Part shown: positions 31,206 through 40,955 of the stretch, piece after piece | Layout: every line of letters begins with the position of its first letter | Position numbering within the stretch: position 1 is the first letter of the stretch | Assembly: GCA_000513075.1 (NCBI GenBank) | Contig: AZYC01000001.1 | Location: 11,624-75,623 of the forward strand | Origin: an alpha proteobacterium SCGC AAA288-G21 | GTDB taxonomy: Bacteria; Pseudomonadota; Alphaproteobacteria; Pelagibacterales; Pelagibacteraceae | DNA length: 64,000 nucleotides | Direction of reading: 5' to 3' | Notes under the pieces: generated by a model | What the model was told of the DNA's origin: nothing | The model's database searches: none | Seen by the model: only the letters and a program-made list of their open reading frames with translations | Translations under genes and position numbers: made by a program

Positions 31206-33433
31206 TAATTTACCAAAGGTTTTCCTGTTGAAAGCGTGTGTTTAATTCGGGCTTGAGTTTTTTCCATTTGCATTAGTTGCATAAAAGCCTCTAATTCCAG
31301 AGCATACATATCCTCTTCTGATAATTCTTTATTAAGAGTTGTGTTGCCACCACTTAATACAAAAGCTAATTTTTTTCCAACTTCCATCCCATGCTCCAAA
31401 ATTTTCTTTTCTCTAAGAAGATTTTCAAGAGTTTGGAACATTTTATCTCTTACCAGGCTTCCTGATAACTTAAAAGTTGGTTTCCTTGGTGGTTTATATC
31501 CATCTTTATTATTGTTAATTAAATTTTGAGAAACTGAAAGTAGCTTGTTTCTGTTCATAATACTTTTGTCTTTGTCTAATAAAAACTTAAACGGTATAGC
31601 CTCCACTGGAGAAGTAGCCGTCCTACCATAGCCAATAATATCAAATACTTTTTGTGGAGCAAAGTCGGGATCTTTTTTAGCCTCTTGAGTTTGCGTCCAT
31701 CTCCACAATAGTTCTTTGGTTCCTCCTCCAGCAGGTATTAATCCTACAAGAGTTTCTACTAGACCCATCACAATATTAGTGTGAGCAACTACATAATCAC
31801 TTTGAATACAAACTTCTTCACCACCACCCAAAGCCAGCCCTGATGGCGCGGAAATAACTAAATTATCAGAATATTTTAGTTGTTTACAGGTCATTTGAAA
31901 ATGATGAATGAATTTTTCTATTGCTTTCCAATTTTTTTCTTTCGCAAAATCCATAATATAATTTAAATTTACTCCAGCTGAAAATTGCATACCTTCATTA
32001 ATAATAATCAAATTTTTATCTGATGCTTCTTTTAACGCATCCATTGAATCATAATCCAACGTATTAGCTTTAGTGTTAAATTCTACAATTTTGTAATTAT
32101 TATGCTCATATGTAATTGCTGATTTATTATCTTTATTAATTTTTGCTATCTGTTTTACTTTTCCTAGTGTTTCCAAATTTGTATAAATTTGTCTTTTTCC
32201 ATAAAAAGTATCAGTTTTTTCATTGTAAAGTTTTTTTATAAATTCATTTGTTTTCAATTGAGTATCTTTTTCAACAAAAAATTTTACTCCAAGTTCTTCG
32301 AGCATTTCAAATGGACCCTTTGTCCAATTAAAACCAAGCCTCATTGCTTCATCAATATTGTTATAATCTTTTGTTACATTAGGAACTAAATAGGACGCAT
32401 AAAGAATAATTTTTGAAATTACGGACCAAGCATATTTTCCATATTTATCATTTCTTGAAACTAGCTCTTTTAAATTAATTTTTTCACCAATATTGAGATC
32501 AATTTTTTTAGATGTAGAATAGTCTCTGGTAGTTAAATTAATTGCTTCTAATACTTTTCTTCCATCTTTTTTGTTCATTCTATAAAATCCACCTTTCCCT
32601 TTTCTTCCGGTGTAACCAGTTTCAATTAAATTCTTTACTAATGGAATTTCTTGTGCAACTTCATAAAAAACATCAGTGGTAGGTAGTTCTTTTAAAAAAC
32701 TTTTTAAAACATCTGCCATCAGATCAATACCAATCAAATCGTATAGACCAAAAACTCCTGTTTTAGGTATGCCCATAGGTCTTCCAAAAATTGCATCTGC
32801 TTCTTCTATACTTAATTTCATTTTTATAGCTTCTATCATTGCTACCTGCATTGCATAAACACCAACTCTATTTCCTAAAAAGCCAGGGGTATCTTTGCAA
32901 ATAATTACTCCTTTACCTAAATTTTCTTCACAAAAGTTTTTTAATAAATTTATTTTTTTTACATCATTAATATTATCGGTGACTATTTCTAATAAACCCA
33001 TGTACCTAACGGGGTTAAAAAAATGGGTTATACAAAAATCTTTTTTGTTTTCTTTGGACATTTTGGCTGACAAAACTTTTAAGGGTATGGTTGATGTATT
33101 TGATGAAATTATTGAATCTTTTTTTCTTGTTTTGAAAATTTTTTTATAAATATCATATTTAATATTTATTCTTTCAACTACTGCTTCAACCACCCAATCA
33201 GCTTTTCCAACAATTCCAAAATTTTCTTCTATATTACCAACTTTAATATTATCAATTTTACTTTTATCAATTAATAACGGAGGTCTAGACTCAAAAATTC
33301 TTTTTTTTGCTTTTTCAGAAATTTCAGTCTTTAAATCTAGAAGTGTTACAGGAATGTTGGCATTGCATAATTGTGCTGCAATTCCACTACCCATAGTGCC
33401 AGAGCCAATGACAACTACATTTTTGATATTCAT
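31205..33433 (-). CDS. Fused 3-hydroxyacyl-CoA dehydrogenase (N-terminal) / enoyl-CoA hydratase-like (C-terminal) protein
   Basis: 742 aa. Rossmann motif VIGSGTMGSGIAAQ at the N-terminus and a crotonase-like region (..FSAGVNL.., ..GGGEEVC..) in the C-terminal half. The start overlaps the ACAD stop. Confidence 0.85.
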   Translation of the reverse strand: MNIKNVVVIGSGTMGSGIAAQLCNANIPVTLLDLKTEISEKAKKRIFESRPPLLIDKSKIDNIKVGNIEENFGIVGKADWVVEAVVERINIKYDIYKKIFKTRKKDSIISSNTSTIPLKVLSAKMSKENKKDFCITHFFNPVRYMGLLEIVTDNINDVKKINLLKNFCEENLGKGVIICKDTPGFLGNRVGVYAMQVAMIEAIKMKLSIEEADAIFGRPMGIPKTGVFGLYDLIGIDLMADVLKSFLKELPTTDVFYEVAQEIPLVKNLIETGYTGRKGKGGFYRMNKKDGRKVLEAINLTTRDYSTSKKIDLNIGEKINLKELVSRNDKYGKYAWSVISKIILYASYLVPNVTKDYNNIDEAMRLGFNWTKGPFEMLEELGVKFFVEKDTQLKTNEFIKKLYNEKTDTFYGKRQIYTNLETLGKVKQIAKINKDNKSAITYEHNNYKIVEFNTKANTLDYDSMDALKEASDKNLIIINEGMQFSAGVNLNYIMDFAKEKNWKAIEKFIHHFQMTCKQLKYSDNLVISAPSGLALGGGEEVCIQSDYVVAHTNIVMGLVETLVGLIPAGGGTKELLWRWTQTQEAKKDPDFAPQKVFDIIGYGRTATSPVEAIPFKFLLDKDKSIMNRNKLLSVSQNLINNNKDGYKPPRKPTFKLSGSLVRDKMFQTLENLLREKKILEHGMEVGKKLAFVLSGGNTTLNKELSEEDMYALELEAFMQLMQMEKTQARIKHTLSTGKPLVN

Positions 33434-33444
33434 TGGGCCAGATA

Positions 33445-34551
33445 CTATTTAAGTTTTGAAATTATTGCATCCCCCATTTGTGAGGTGGATACTTCTTTTT
33501 TTCCTTTGGATAAAATGTCTTTAGTTCTTAAACCGTCATCAAGAACCTTTTGAACTGCTTGATCTAAGTTATCAGCTTCTTGATCTAAATCTAATGAATA
33601 TTTAAGAGCCATAGAAAAACTTAGAATAGCAGCTATTGGGTTTGCTATTCCTTTGCCAGCAATATCTGGGGCAGATCCGTGTACAGGTTCATACATAGAT
33701 CTCATATTACCATTTTTGTCTTTTGCTCCTAAAGATGCAGATGGTAATAAACCCAATGAACCTGTTAGCATAGCCGCTTCATCAGACAGCATATCTCCAA
33801 ATAAATTATCTGTAACGATAACATCAAACTGTTTGGGATTTCTTAGTAGTTGCATAGCACAATTGTCTGCAAGCATATGACTCAGCTCAATATCAGTATA
33901 ATCGTTGTCTCTAACTTTTTGGACTTCTTCTTTCCATAAAACTCCTGACTCCATAACGTTTGATTTATCACATGAGGTTACTTTTTTATTTCTTTTCATC
34001 GCAAGTTCAAAAGCTACTTTGGCTACTCTAATTATTTCATTAGTTGTGTAAGTATGAGTGTTAATGCCCTTTCTTTCTCCATTTTCGATAGGTTTTATTC
34101 CTCTTGGCTCACCAAAATATATGCCTCCTGTAAGTTCTCTAACAATCATGATGTCAAGACCAGAAACAATTTCAGGTTTTAAACTAGATGCTTCAACCAA
34201 TTGTTTAAAACAAATTGCTGGTCTAAGATTTGCAAATAATTTTAATTCTTTTCTTAACTTCAATAATGCTCTTTCAGGTTTCTTCGAAAATTCTAAATTA
34301 TCCCACTTAGGACCACCGCAAGCACCAAAAATTATAACTTCGGATTCTAGCGCCTTATAAAATACTTCATCAGTAATTGGACTTTTGTGTTTTTCAATTG
34401 AAGCTCCACCAATCAAATCTTCATCTATTTTAAAATCTAAAGATTTTTTAGAGTTAAGCCATTGAATAACTTTTTTTACCTCATTAACAACTTCTGGGCC
34501 AACACCATCACCAGGTAATAACAAAATTTTTCTATTTTTAACTTTAATCAT
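33445..34551 (-). CDS. leuB: 3-isopropylmalate dehydrogenase
   Basis: 368 aa. ..[11 protein letters not shown].. and ..[26 protein letters not shown].. motifs. Confidence 0.96.
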   Translation of the reverse strand: MIKVKNRKILLLPGDGVGPEVVNEVKKVIQWLNSKKSLDFKIDEDLIGGASIEKHKSPITDEVFYKALESEVIIFGACGGPKWDNLEFSKKPERALLKLRKELKLFANLRPAICFKQLVEASSLKPEIVSGLDIMIVRELTGGIYFGEPRGIKPIENGERKGINTHTYTTNEIIRVAKVAFELAMKRNKKVTSCDKSNVMESGVLWKEEVQKVRDNDYTDIELSHMLADNCAMQLLRNPKQFDVIVTDNLFGDMLSDEAAMLTGSLGLLPSASLGAKDKNGNMRSMYEPVHGSAPDIAGKGIANPIAAILSFSMALKYSLDLDQEADNLDQAVQKVLDDGLRTKDILSKGKKEVSTSQMGDAIISKLK

Positions 34552-34552
34552 A

Positions 34553-35152
34553 TTAATTCATCCAAGGTTTAGTTTTTTGGATATTTTTTTCATAAGAAGT
34601 TATTTCATTAGATTTTTCTAAAGAAAGCGCAATATCATCCAAACCATCTAACAAACATTTTTTTTTAAAAGCATCAACTTCAAAACTAATTATTTTATTT
34701 TCTAATTTAATTTTCTGTTCAGAGAGGTTTACTTCTATGGATTCTTTTCTTTCCGAATATTCTATTAGTTCTTCTAGTTGTTTTTGATCTAAAACTATAG
34801 GTAACATGCCATTCTTAAAACAATTGTTATAAAAAATATCTGCAAAACTTGGACTTATTACACATTTAATTCCAAAATCTAATAGAGCCCAAGGTGCATG
34901 TTCTCTTGAAGAACCACATCCAAAATTTTTTCCAGCTAATAAAATAGATGACTTATCATAAGGTTCTGTATTTAAAACAAAATCATTCACTTTTTTTCCT
35001 TGTTCATCGTATCGCATTTCAAAAAATAAACTTTTTCCAAGTCCACTTCTTTTTATTGTTTTTAAAAATTGCTTAGGAATAATCATATCTGTATCAACGT
35101 TCATCATCGGAAGATTTGCTGGTACACTTTTTAAAATGTCAAATTTTTCCAT
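34553..35152 (-). CDS. leuD: 3-isopropylmalate dehydratase small subunit
   Basis: 199 aa. ..[14 protein letters not shown].., ..[17 protein letters not shown].. motifs. Confidence 0.95.
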   Translation of the reverse strand: MEKFDILKSVPANLPMMNVDTDMIIPKQFLKTIKRSGLGKSLFFEMRYDEQGKKVNDFVLNTEPYDKSSILLAGKNFGCGSSREHAPWALLDFGIKCVISPSFADIFYNNCFKNGMLPIVLDQKQLEELIEYSERKESIEVNLSEQKIKLENKIISFEVDAFKKKCLLDGLDDIALSLEKSNEITSYEKNIQKTKPWMN

Positions 35153-35153
35153 T

Positions 35154-36557
35154 TTAATTTTGAAACTTTCTTACGTCTGTTAAATGTCCATCAATTGCCG
35201 CAGCCGCAGCCATAGCTGGACTTAATAAATGTGTTCTGCCTCCACGGCCTTGTCGTCCTTCAAAATTTCTATTTGAAGTAGATGCGCATCTTTCTTTAGG
35301 ATTAAGCTTGTCTGCATTCATGGCTAGACACATAGAACAACCTGGTTCTCTCCATTCAAATCCAGCTTCTTTAAAAACTTTGTCTATTCCTTCTTCTTCA
35401 GCCTGCTGTTTTACGAGACCAGATCCAGGAACAACCATAGCATTTACATGCTGGGCAATTTTTTTTCCTTTTACTATTTTGGCTGCATCTCTTAGATCAC
35501 CAATTCTTCCATTAGTACAGCTACCAATAAAAATTCTATCAACCTTAAGATCGATTATTTTAGTATTTGGTTTAAGTCCCATATAATTTAGAGATCGATT
35601 CATTGATGCTTTTCTGTCTTCATCTTTTTCATCTGCAGGGTCAGGGACAATACCAGTAATCGGAACAACATCTTGAGGAGATGTTCCCCAAGTTACCATT
35701 GGACTAATATCATCACCTCTAATTTCTACTTCCTTATCAAACTTTGCTCCAGAATCTGAATGGAGTTTAGAGCAATATGCAATAGTTTTATCCCAGTTTG
35801 TTCCCTTTGGAGATTTAGGTTTGTCTTTAAGATATTGAAAAGTTTTTTCATCAGGTGCAATTAATCCTGCACGTGCACCTGCTTCTATTGACATGTTACA
35901 AATTGTCATTCGCTGCTCAATGTTTAAATTTTCTATAACAGGTCCAGCATACTCGATAACCATGCCAGTTCCGCCTGCAGTACCTATTTTGCCTATAGTC
36001 TGTAAAATAACATCTTTAGATGTAACTCCTGTATGTAATTTACCCGTTATCCTTACACAAAGATTTTTTGATTTTTTTTGAATTAAAGTTTGAGTGGCTA
36101 ACACATGTTCAACTTCTGATGTGCCAATACCAAAAGCTAATGCTCCAAAAGCTCCGTGCGTAGCAGTATGACTATCTCCACAAACTATAATTGTACCGGG
36201 TTGAGTAAAACCCTGTTCTGGTCCAATAATATGAACAATACCTTGTCTTTTATCCTTCATATCAAAAACTTCGATTCCAAACTCCTTACAGTTGTTCTCT
36301 AATGTTTCCACTTGAATTTTTGATTCCTCATCTTCAATACCTTTTGATCTATCGGTAGTTGGTACATTATGATCTGCAACAGCAAGAGTTAAATTGGGTT
36401 GTCTTACTTTTCTATTGGCCGCTCTTAGTCCTTCAAAAGCTTGAGGGCTAGTTACTTCATGAATTAGATGTCTATCCACATACAGCAAAGCAGTTCCATC
36501 TTCTTGCTGATGAACTAAGTGTTCATTCCAAATTTTATCGTATAAAGTTAGGGGCAT
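35154..36557 (-). CDS. leuC: 3-isopropylmalate dehydratase large subunit
   Basis: 467 aa, aconitase-family. ..VCGDSHT.., ..IGSCTNGRI.., ..[13 protein letters not shown].. motifs. Confidence 0.97.
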   Translation of the reverse strand: MPLTLYDKIWNEHLVHQQEDGTALLYVDRHLIHEVTSPQAFEGLRAANRKVRQPNLTLAVADHNVPTTDRSKGIEDEESKIQVETLENNCKEFGIEVFDMKDKRQGIVHIIGPEQGFTQPGTIIVCGDSHTATHGAFGALAFGIGTSEVEHVLATQTLIQKKSKNLCVRITGKLHTGVTSKDVILQTIGKIGTAGGTGMVIEYAGPVIENLNIEQRMTICNMSIEAGARAGLIAPDEKTFQYLKDKPKSPKGTNWDKTIAYCSKLHSDSGAKFDKEVEIRGDDISPMVTWGTSPQDVVPITGIVPDPADEKDEDRKASMNRSLNYMGLKPNTKIIDLKVDRIFIGSCTNGRIGDLRDAAKIVKGKKIAQHVNAMVVPGSGLVKQQAEEEGIDKVFKEAGFEWREPGCSMCLAMNADKLNPKERCASTSNRNFEGRQGRGGRTHLLSPAMAAAAAIDGHLTDVRKFQN

Positions 36558-36568
36558 TTAGAAAAAAC

Positions 36569-37123
36569 TTATTTTTTTTCTTTATCAGATTTTTCTTTTT
36601 TTTTAGTTAGTTTTTGATCTTTTTTTTCTTCCACTTTTTGAGCTGTTTCTTTTTTTATTTCTCCAATATTTTGTTCAGAAGATTTTAAAGAACTATCAAT
36701 TTTATTTTCTACTTCTTCTTCATGTTTATTTTCTGATTTAACTTTTATATCAATTCCAATTTTTTTCTTTATTTTCTCAGCAATTCGTGCTGATTTTCCG
36801 GTTCTATCTCTCAAATAATATAACTTAGCTCTTCTGACCTTGCCTGTCCTAATTACTTTTATTGAATTAATTATCGGACTAAATAGTGCAAAAGTTCTTT
36901 CAACACCTTCTCCGAATGATATTTTTCTAACTGTAAATGAAGAATTTATATCTCTATTTTTTTTTGCAATACAAACTCCTTCAAAATTTTGGATTCTTTC
37001 TCTTTTACCTTCAGTAATTCTAACTCCAACTTTAACAATATCTCCTGGAAAAAATTCAGGATATTTTTTAGATGTCAAAATTTTTTTAACACTTTCTTTA
37101 TTAATGTCTTCAATATTTTTCAT
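36569..37123 (-). CDS. rplS: 50S ribosomal protein L19 with an additional Lys/Glu-rich C-terminal tail of about 60 aa
   Basis: The L19 core (..[24 protein letters not shown]..) is followed by ..[13 protein letters not shown]...[25 protein letters not shown] 37123 is preferred over the TTG at 37135. Confidence 0.9.
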   Translation of the reverse strand: MKNIEDINKESVKKILTSKKYPEFFPGDIVKVGVRITEGKRERIQNFEGVCIAKKNRDINSSFTVRKISFGEGVERTFALFSPIINSIKVIRTGKVRRAKLYYLRDRTGKSARIAEKIKKKIGIDIKVKSENKHEEEVENKIDSSLKSSEQNIGEIKKETAQKVEEKKDQKLTKKKEKSDKEKK

Positions 37124-37148
37124 AATACTAATCAAAATTGTTTATTTT

Positions 37149-37844
37149 TTATTTTTTATTTTTGTCATTATATTTTTTCCACAAATCTGGTCTTCGGCGA
37201 CGTGTTATAGCTTCTGATTGTGACAAACGCCAGTCTTTAATTTTGGCATGATCTCCTGATAATAAGACATCGGGAACACATTTTGATTCCCATTTTTGAG
37301 GTTTTGTATATTGCGGATATTCTAACAGATTATTTTCAAAACTTTCTTCTAATGCAGATTGATCATTTCCCAAAACTCCAGGAAGTAATCTAACTATCAC
37401 ATCGATGAAAACATATGCTGCGGTTTCTCCTCCAGACAAAATAAAATCTCCAATACTAACTTCTTCAATATTTCGTGTTTCAATCACTCTTTGGTCAATT
37501 CCCTCAAAATGACCACAAATAATATTTGTCGTTTTTTCTTTTAAAAAATTTTTTGCCATTTCTTGGGTGAACTTTTTTCCTTTAGGAGAAAGATAAATAA
37601 TTTTTTCATCCTGCTTTACATATTTATTAAGTGAATTTGCTAAAACTTCTGGTTTTATAATCATTCCACTACCTCCACCAAAAGAAGTATCGTCTACGGT
37701 TTTATGTTTATCTGTTGCACCATCTCTGATATTGCATATTTCAAGTGCCCAGATATTTTTTTCTAGGGCTTTTTTGTATAAACCATAATCAAACGGTCCG
37801 GGAAATAACTCTGGATATAATGTAAATATCCTCGCAGTCCACAT
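37149..37844 (-). CDS. trmD: tRNA (guanine37-N1)-methyltransferase
   Basis: 231 aa. ..FTLYPELFPG.., ..DD..FGGG.GM.. and ..LSGDHAKI..WR.. TrmD signatures. Confidence 0.95.
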   Translation of the reverse strand: MWTARIFTLYPELFPGPFDYGLYKKALEKNIWALEICNIRDGATDKHKTVDDTSFGGGSGMIIKPEVLANSLNKYVKQDEKIIYLSPKGKKFTQEMAKNFLKEKTTNIICGHFEGIDQRVIETRNIEEVSIGDFILSGGETAAYVFIDVIVRLLPGVLGNDQSALEESFENNLLEYPQYTKPQKWESKCVPDVLLSGDHAKIKDWRLSQSEAITRRRRPDLWKKYNDKNKK

Positions 37845-37850
37845 TGTTAA

Positions 37851-38285
37851 TTATTTTTTATCCTTTTTCTCTTCTGCTTTTGGTGCGGCTTCCTTTTTTT
37901 CAGCAGGTTTTTGATCCTTTTTTTCTTCTGCTTTTGGTGCGGCTTCTTTTTTTATATCCTCTTTACTATCTTTTTCTGTTTTTTTTCTATCTTTTTTTGG
38001 AACACCCTTTAAAGGATTATTACCTGGTGTTGGCATAGGAATTATTTCTGCCTCCCCAAGAATTCTTGCAACTCTAGTTGTAGGTTTTGCTCCCTGACTC
38101 ATCCAATATTTGACTCTTTCAACTTCAATTTTCATTCTATCTTTTTTATTTTTTGGAACCAAAGGATTAAAAAAACCCAATTTTTCTATAAATCTTCCAT
38201 CTCTAGGAAATCTACTATCCGCAACAACTATTTTATAAACTGGTCTTTTTTTTGCTCCACCTATTGATAATCTAATTTTAAGCAT
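37851..38285 (-). CDS. rpsP: 30S ribosomal protein S16 with a repeat-containing Lys/Glu/Ala/Pro-rich C-terminal tail of about 60 aa
   Basis: The S16 core ([41 protein letters not shown]) is followed by ..[33 protein letters not shown]. Confidence 0.93.
   Translation of the reverse strand: MLKIRLSIGGAKKRPVYKIVVADSRFPRDGRFIEKLGFFNPLVPKNKKDRMKIEVERVKYWMSQGAKPTTRVARILGEAEIIPMPTPGNNPLKGVPKKDRKKTEKDSKEDIKKEAAPKAEEKKDQKPAEKKEAAPKAEEKKDKK
37860..37946 (-). repeat. Direct repeat with 54-nt period (18 aa) encoding [13 protein letters not shown](Q)K twice in the rpsP tail
   Basis: tcctttttctcttctgcttttggtgcggcttc at about 37860 recurs as tcctttttttcttctgcttttggtgcggcttc at about 37914. Confidence 0.85.
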
Positions 38286-38286
38286 A

Positions 38287-38595
38287 TTATTTGTCCTCCA
38301 TTATTACGGGACCGGAAACTGGATCCGTAAGACCTAGTTCTGGTGAAATTTCTTCAAGCAAAGGTCTAACTGTATCTAAGCCAGCAATCATTTTATCTCT
38401 TGCTTTTGCGATTGATTGCTCATCTTTCCACTCTCCTATGATACACATATTATTAGGGCCAGTTTGAATTTGCTTCATTGAAATCAAACCTTCTGTTCCT
38501 TTTATATTATCAAAAAATTCTTTTAATTTTTTCATATATTCTTCTTTTTTATCTTCCTTAACTTTGCTTCTAACAACATTCATAAAATTAGACAT
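38287..38595 (-). CDS. Small ABM/Dabb-like (ferredoxin-fold) protein of unknown function
   Basis: 102 aa, wedged between ffh and rpsP with 1-16-nt gaps. The pattern ..[17 protein letters not shown]....[14 protein letters not shown].. resembles antibiotic-biosynthesis-monooxygenase-like domains. This is a weak, pattern-only call. Confidence 0.45.
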   Translation of the reverse strand: MSNFMNVVRSKVKEDKKEEYMKKLKEFFDNIKGTEGLISMKQIQTGPNNMCIIGEWKDEQSIAKARDKMIAGLDTVRPLLEEISPELGLTDPVSGPVIMEDK

Positions 38596-38611
38596 TTTTC
38601 TTTCCTTTCAT

Positions 38612-39958
38612 TTATTTAATTTGGTTAAAAATTTCCGGAGGTATTCCATCTTTAGGATCACCTTTAGACATTTTTTTCATCATATTGGTCATCATTTTAA
38701 ATTGCTTTAGCAATTTATTTATAGTGGCAGAATCCGCTCCTGAACCACTAGAAATTCTTTTTTTTCTTGAAGCATTAATTATTTTTGGATTTAATCTTTC
38801 TTCTTTTGTCATTGATAAGATAATTGCTTCATTGATTTTAATTATATTTTCATCAATGTTTGCATTGTCCATTTGTTTTTTTATTTTGGATACTCCTGGT
38901 AACATTGACAAAACTCCTTCCATTCCTCCCATTTTTTTCATTTGTCTAAGTTGATTTAAATAATCTTCCATAGAAAAAGCGCCTGATCTTAAATTTTCTT
39001 CTGTTTTTTTAATATTTTCTTGATCTAAATCTTGAGAGGCTTTTTCAACAAGAGAAACTATATCTCCCATTCCAAGAATTCTATTTGCTATTCTATCGGG
39101 ATGAAAAACTTCAAAATTTTCAATTTTTTCTCCTACTCCTAAAAATTTTATAGGTACTCCCGTGGTAAATTTCATGCTTACTGCCGCTCCACCTCTTCCG
39201 TCTCCATCAGCTCTAGTTAGTACTATTCCAGTTAAGTCAACAGCTTTTTTAAATTCTGTGGCTATATTTACTGCCACTTGGCCTGTTAGAGAATCAGCCA
39301 CTAATATTACTTCTGAAGGAGTAAGAGTTGATTTTAACTCTTTAATTTCACTCATCATTGAAAGATCAATTTGAGTTCTTCCAGCTGTATCAAAAATAAT
39401 TATATCTGATCCAGACAAAGAAGCTGCTCCTAAAGCTATTCTTGCAATATCGTTTGGTAATTGGTCCTTAACTACAGGTAAAGTTTGTATAGAATTTTGT
39501 TCTCCTAAAATTTTAAGCTGTTCTTGTGCTGCAGGTCGATAAACATCTAAGCTTACCAATAAAGATTTTTTTTTATTATTCTTTTCAAGATATTGAGCTA
39601 ATTTCGCAGCTGTTGTGGTTTTACCCGAACCTTGAAGTCCTACAAGCAAAATAGAAACCGGAGGAACAGCGTTCAAATTTAACTCTGATTTTTTATCTCC
39701 AAGTAATTGAACCAGTTCATCATAAACTATTTTTACAATCATTTGACCGGGAGTAGTGGATCTTACAATTTCCTGGCCGATAGCCTTAGGTTTTATATTT
39801 TCAATTAATTTTTTTGCTACGGGTAAAGCTACATCAGCTTCTAATAAAGCCTGTCTAATACTCCTCAATCCTTCCTCCACTTGTTTTTCATTCAGTGAAG
39901 GAGCTTTTTTTAATGAAGAAAAAATTTCTTCAAATTTATTTGTTAAATTTTCAAACAT
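38612..39958 (-). CDS. ffh: Signal recognition particle protein Ffh
   Basis: The start is set at MFENLTNKF (ATG 39958); the ORF-track extension to 40036 is not Ffh-like. GTPase motifs GLQGSGKTTT and DTAGR, plus a Met-rich M domain. Confidence 0.95.
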   Translation of the reverse strand: MFENLTNKFEEIFSSLKKAPSLNEKQVEEGLRSIRQALLEADVALPVAKKLIENIKPKAIGQEIVRSTTPGQMIVKIVYDELVQLLGDKKSELNLNAVPPVSILLVGLQGSGKTTTAAKLAQYLEKNNKKKSLLVSLDVYRPAAQEQLKILGEQNSIQTLPVVKDQLPNDIARIALGAASLSGSDIIIFDTAGRTQIDLSMMSEIKELKSTLTPSEVILVADSLTGQVAVNIATEFKKAVDLTGIVLTRADGDGRGGAAVSMKFTTGVPIKFLGVGEKIENFEVFHPDRIANRILGMGDIVSLVEKASQDLDQENIKKTEENLRSGAFSMEDYLNQLRQMKKMGGMEGVLSMLPGVSKIKKQMDNANIDENIIKINEAIILSMTKEERLNPKIINASRKKRISSGSGADSATINKLLKQFKMMTNMMKKMSKGDPKDGIPPEIFNQIK

Positions 39959-39986
39959 TTTACAACATCCAACAACAAACGCATTA

Positions 39987-40070
39987 GTGGGCGAACTCTC
40001 GCTGACTAATGTCGATCTCTTTGTTACCAAAGACACCGCAAAGAACTACTATTTTTTGCGGAAGTTCGCC
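39987..40070. other. GC-rich element of about 85 nt that can form multiple helices (candidate structured RNA or regulatory element); strand unresolved
   Basis: Closing helix GGCGAACT (39990-39997) / AGTTCGCC (40063-40070). Internal hairpins are TCTTTG-TTAC-CAAAGA (40018-40033) and CCGCAAA..TTTGCGG (40036-40061). It is much more GC-rich than the flanking spacer. Confidence 0.45.
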
Positions 40071-40124
40071 TAAATTACATTAGACCTTCAAAAAGTCAAT
40101 AAATAAGTTAAAAGTCTAAGTATT

Positions 40125-40949
40125 ATGAATTTAAGAGCATACAAAATGGACGGATTAGGAAATGATTTTGTAATTTTTGATAATAGAAAAAAAGTAACTC
40201 ACCTACGCAAGAGTGAAATTATTAAAATTGCTGATAGGAATTTTGTAGGCTGCGATCAACTAATTTTTATTAACAAAAGTAATGATTATGATGCAGAATT
40301 AGATTTTTATAATTCAGACGGTGGAAATTCATCTGCATGTGGTAATGGTACTAGATGTATTGCTTATTTCATTTCAAAAGAAAAAAATAAGGAGGAAATT
40401 ATATTTAAGACTCGAGGTGGAATTCTTAAATCAAAAATTTTGGGAAACAACATGGTAGAGACAAATATTGGAACTCCAAAATTTGATTGGAAAGAAATTC
40501 CTTTGAGTAAAGAAATTGATAATACTAATTTAGGAATTACTATATTTGACCAAGGTGGAATTAGATTGACAGGAGGATATGCTTTAAACGTTGGAAATCC
40601 CCATTTAATTTTCTTTGTAGATAAAGTTGAAAATTATGATCTACCCAAAATAGGTCCTGATCTAGAAAAACACTCACTGTTTCCAGAAAAATGCAATGTT
40701 ACTTTTGCAAAAATTGAAAGTAAAAAATTAATTAAAGTCAAAGTATGGGAAAGAGGTGTTGGAATAACAAAGGCTTGTGGGACCGCTGCTTGCGCAACAG
40801 CAGTTGCTGCTTATAAAAAAAAATTGACACAAAATATAGTTGATATTCAATTTGAGCTAGGAGCTATAACAATCTCTATTGATAAAAATAATTCTATAAA
40901 TATGAAAGGCAAAGTTTCTAAAATAAAAGAAATTGATATTAAAATTTAG
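40125..40949 (+). CDS. dapF: Diaminopimelate epimerase
   Basis: 274 aa. ..KMDGLGNDFVIFD.., catalytic Cys motifs ..SACGNGTRC.. and ..TKACGTAACA.., and GNPH. Confidence 0.95.
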   Translation: MNLRAYKMDGLGNDFVIFDNRKKVTHLRKSEIIKIADRNFVGCDQLIFINKSNDYDAELDFYNSDGGNSSACGNGTRCIAYFISKEKNKEEIIFKTRGGILKSKILGNNMVETNIGTPKFDWKEIPLSKEIDNTNLGITIFDQGGIRLTGGYALNVGNPHLIFFVDKVENYDLPKIGPDLEKHSLFPEKCNVTFAKIESKKLIKVKVWERGVGITKACGTAACATAVAAYKKKLTQNIVDIQFELGAITISIDKNNSINMKGKVSKIKEIDIKI

Positions 40950-40955
40950 TTAAAA

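Noticed and set aside
38287-38595. I asked whether the 102-aa orf between ffh and rpsP is a diverged RimM.
   Set aside because: It is too short and sits upstream rather than downstream of rpsP. It has no RimM N-terminal beta-barrel or PRC-barrel sequence features. It looks like an ABM/Dabb alpha+beta domain instead.
39959-40036. N-terminal ORF extensions in the six-frame track: ffh to 40036, mdh to 16124, dctQ to 46878, the reductase to 57534, rplS to 37135 and the LLM gene from 25400.
   Set aside because: The extensions overlap upstream genes or structured spacers and are not family-like. Internal ATGs give canonical N-termini (MFENLT.., [11 protein letters not shown].., MKKFVYFF.., MKKVLITR..) with stop-start coupling or a Shine-Dalgarno.
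39987-40070. I asked whether the GC-rich element next to ffh is the SRP (4.5S) RNA, a tRNA or a known riboswitch such as TPP, purine or fluoride.
   Set aside because: Neither strand has the conserved SRP domain IV sequence (..GGAA tetraloop.. AGCAGCC). There is no tRNA cloverleaf or T-loop GTTCGAATC. I saw no CUGAGA (TPP) or other class-defining core. I therefore report it only as an unassigned structured element.
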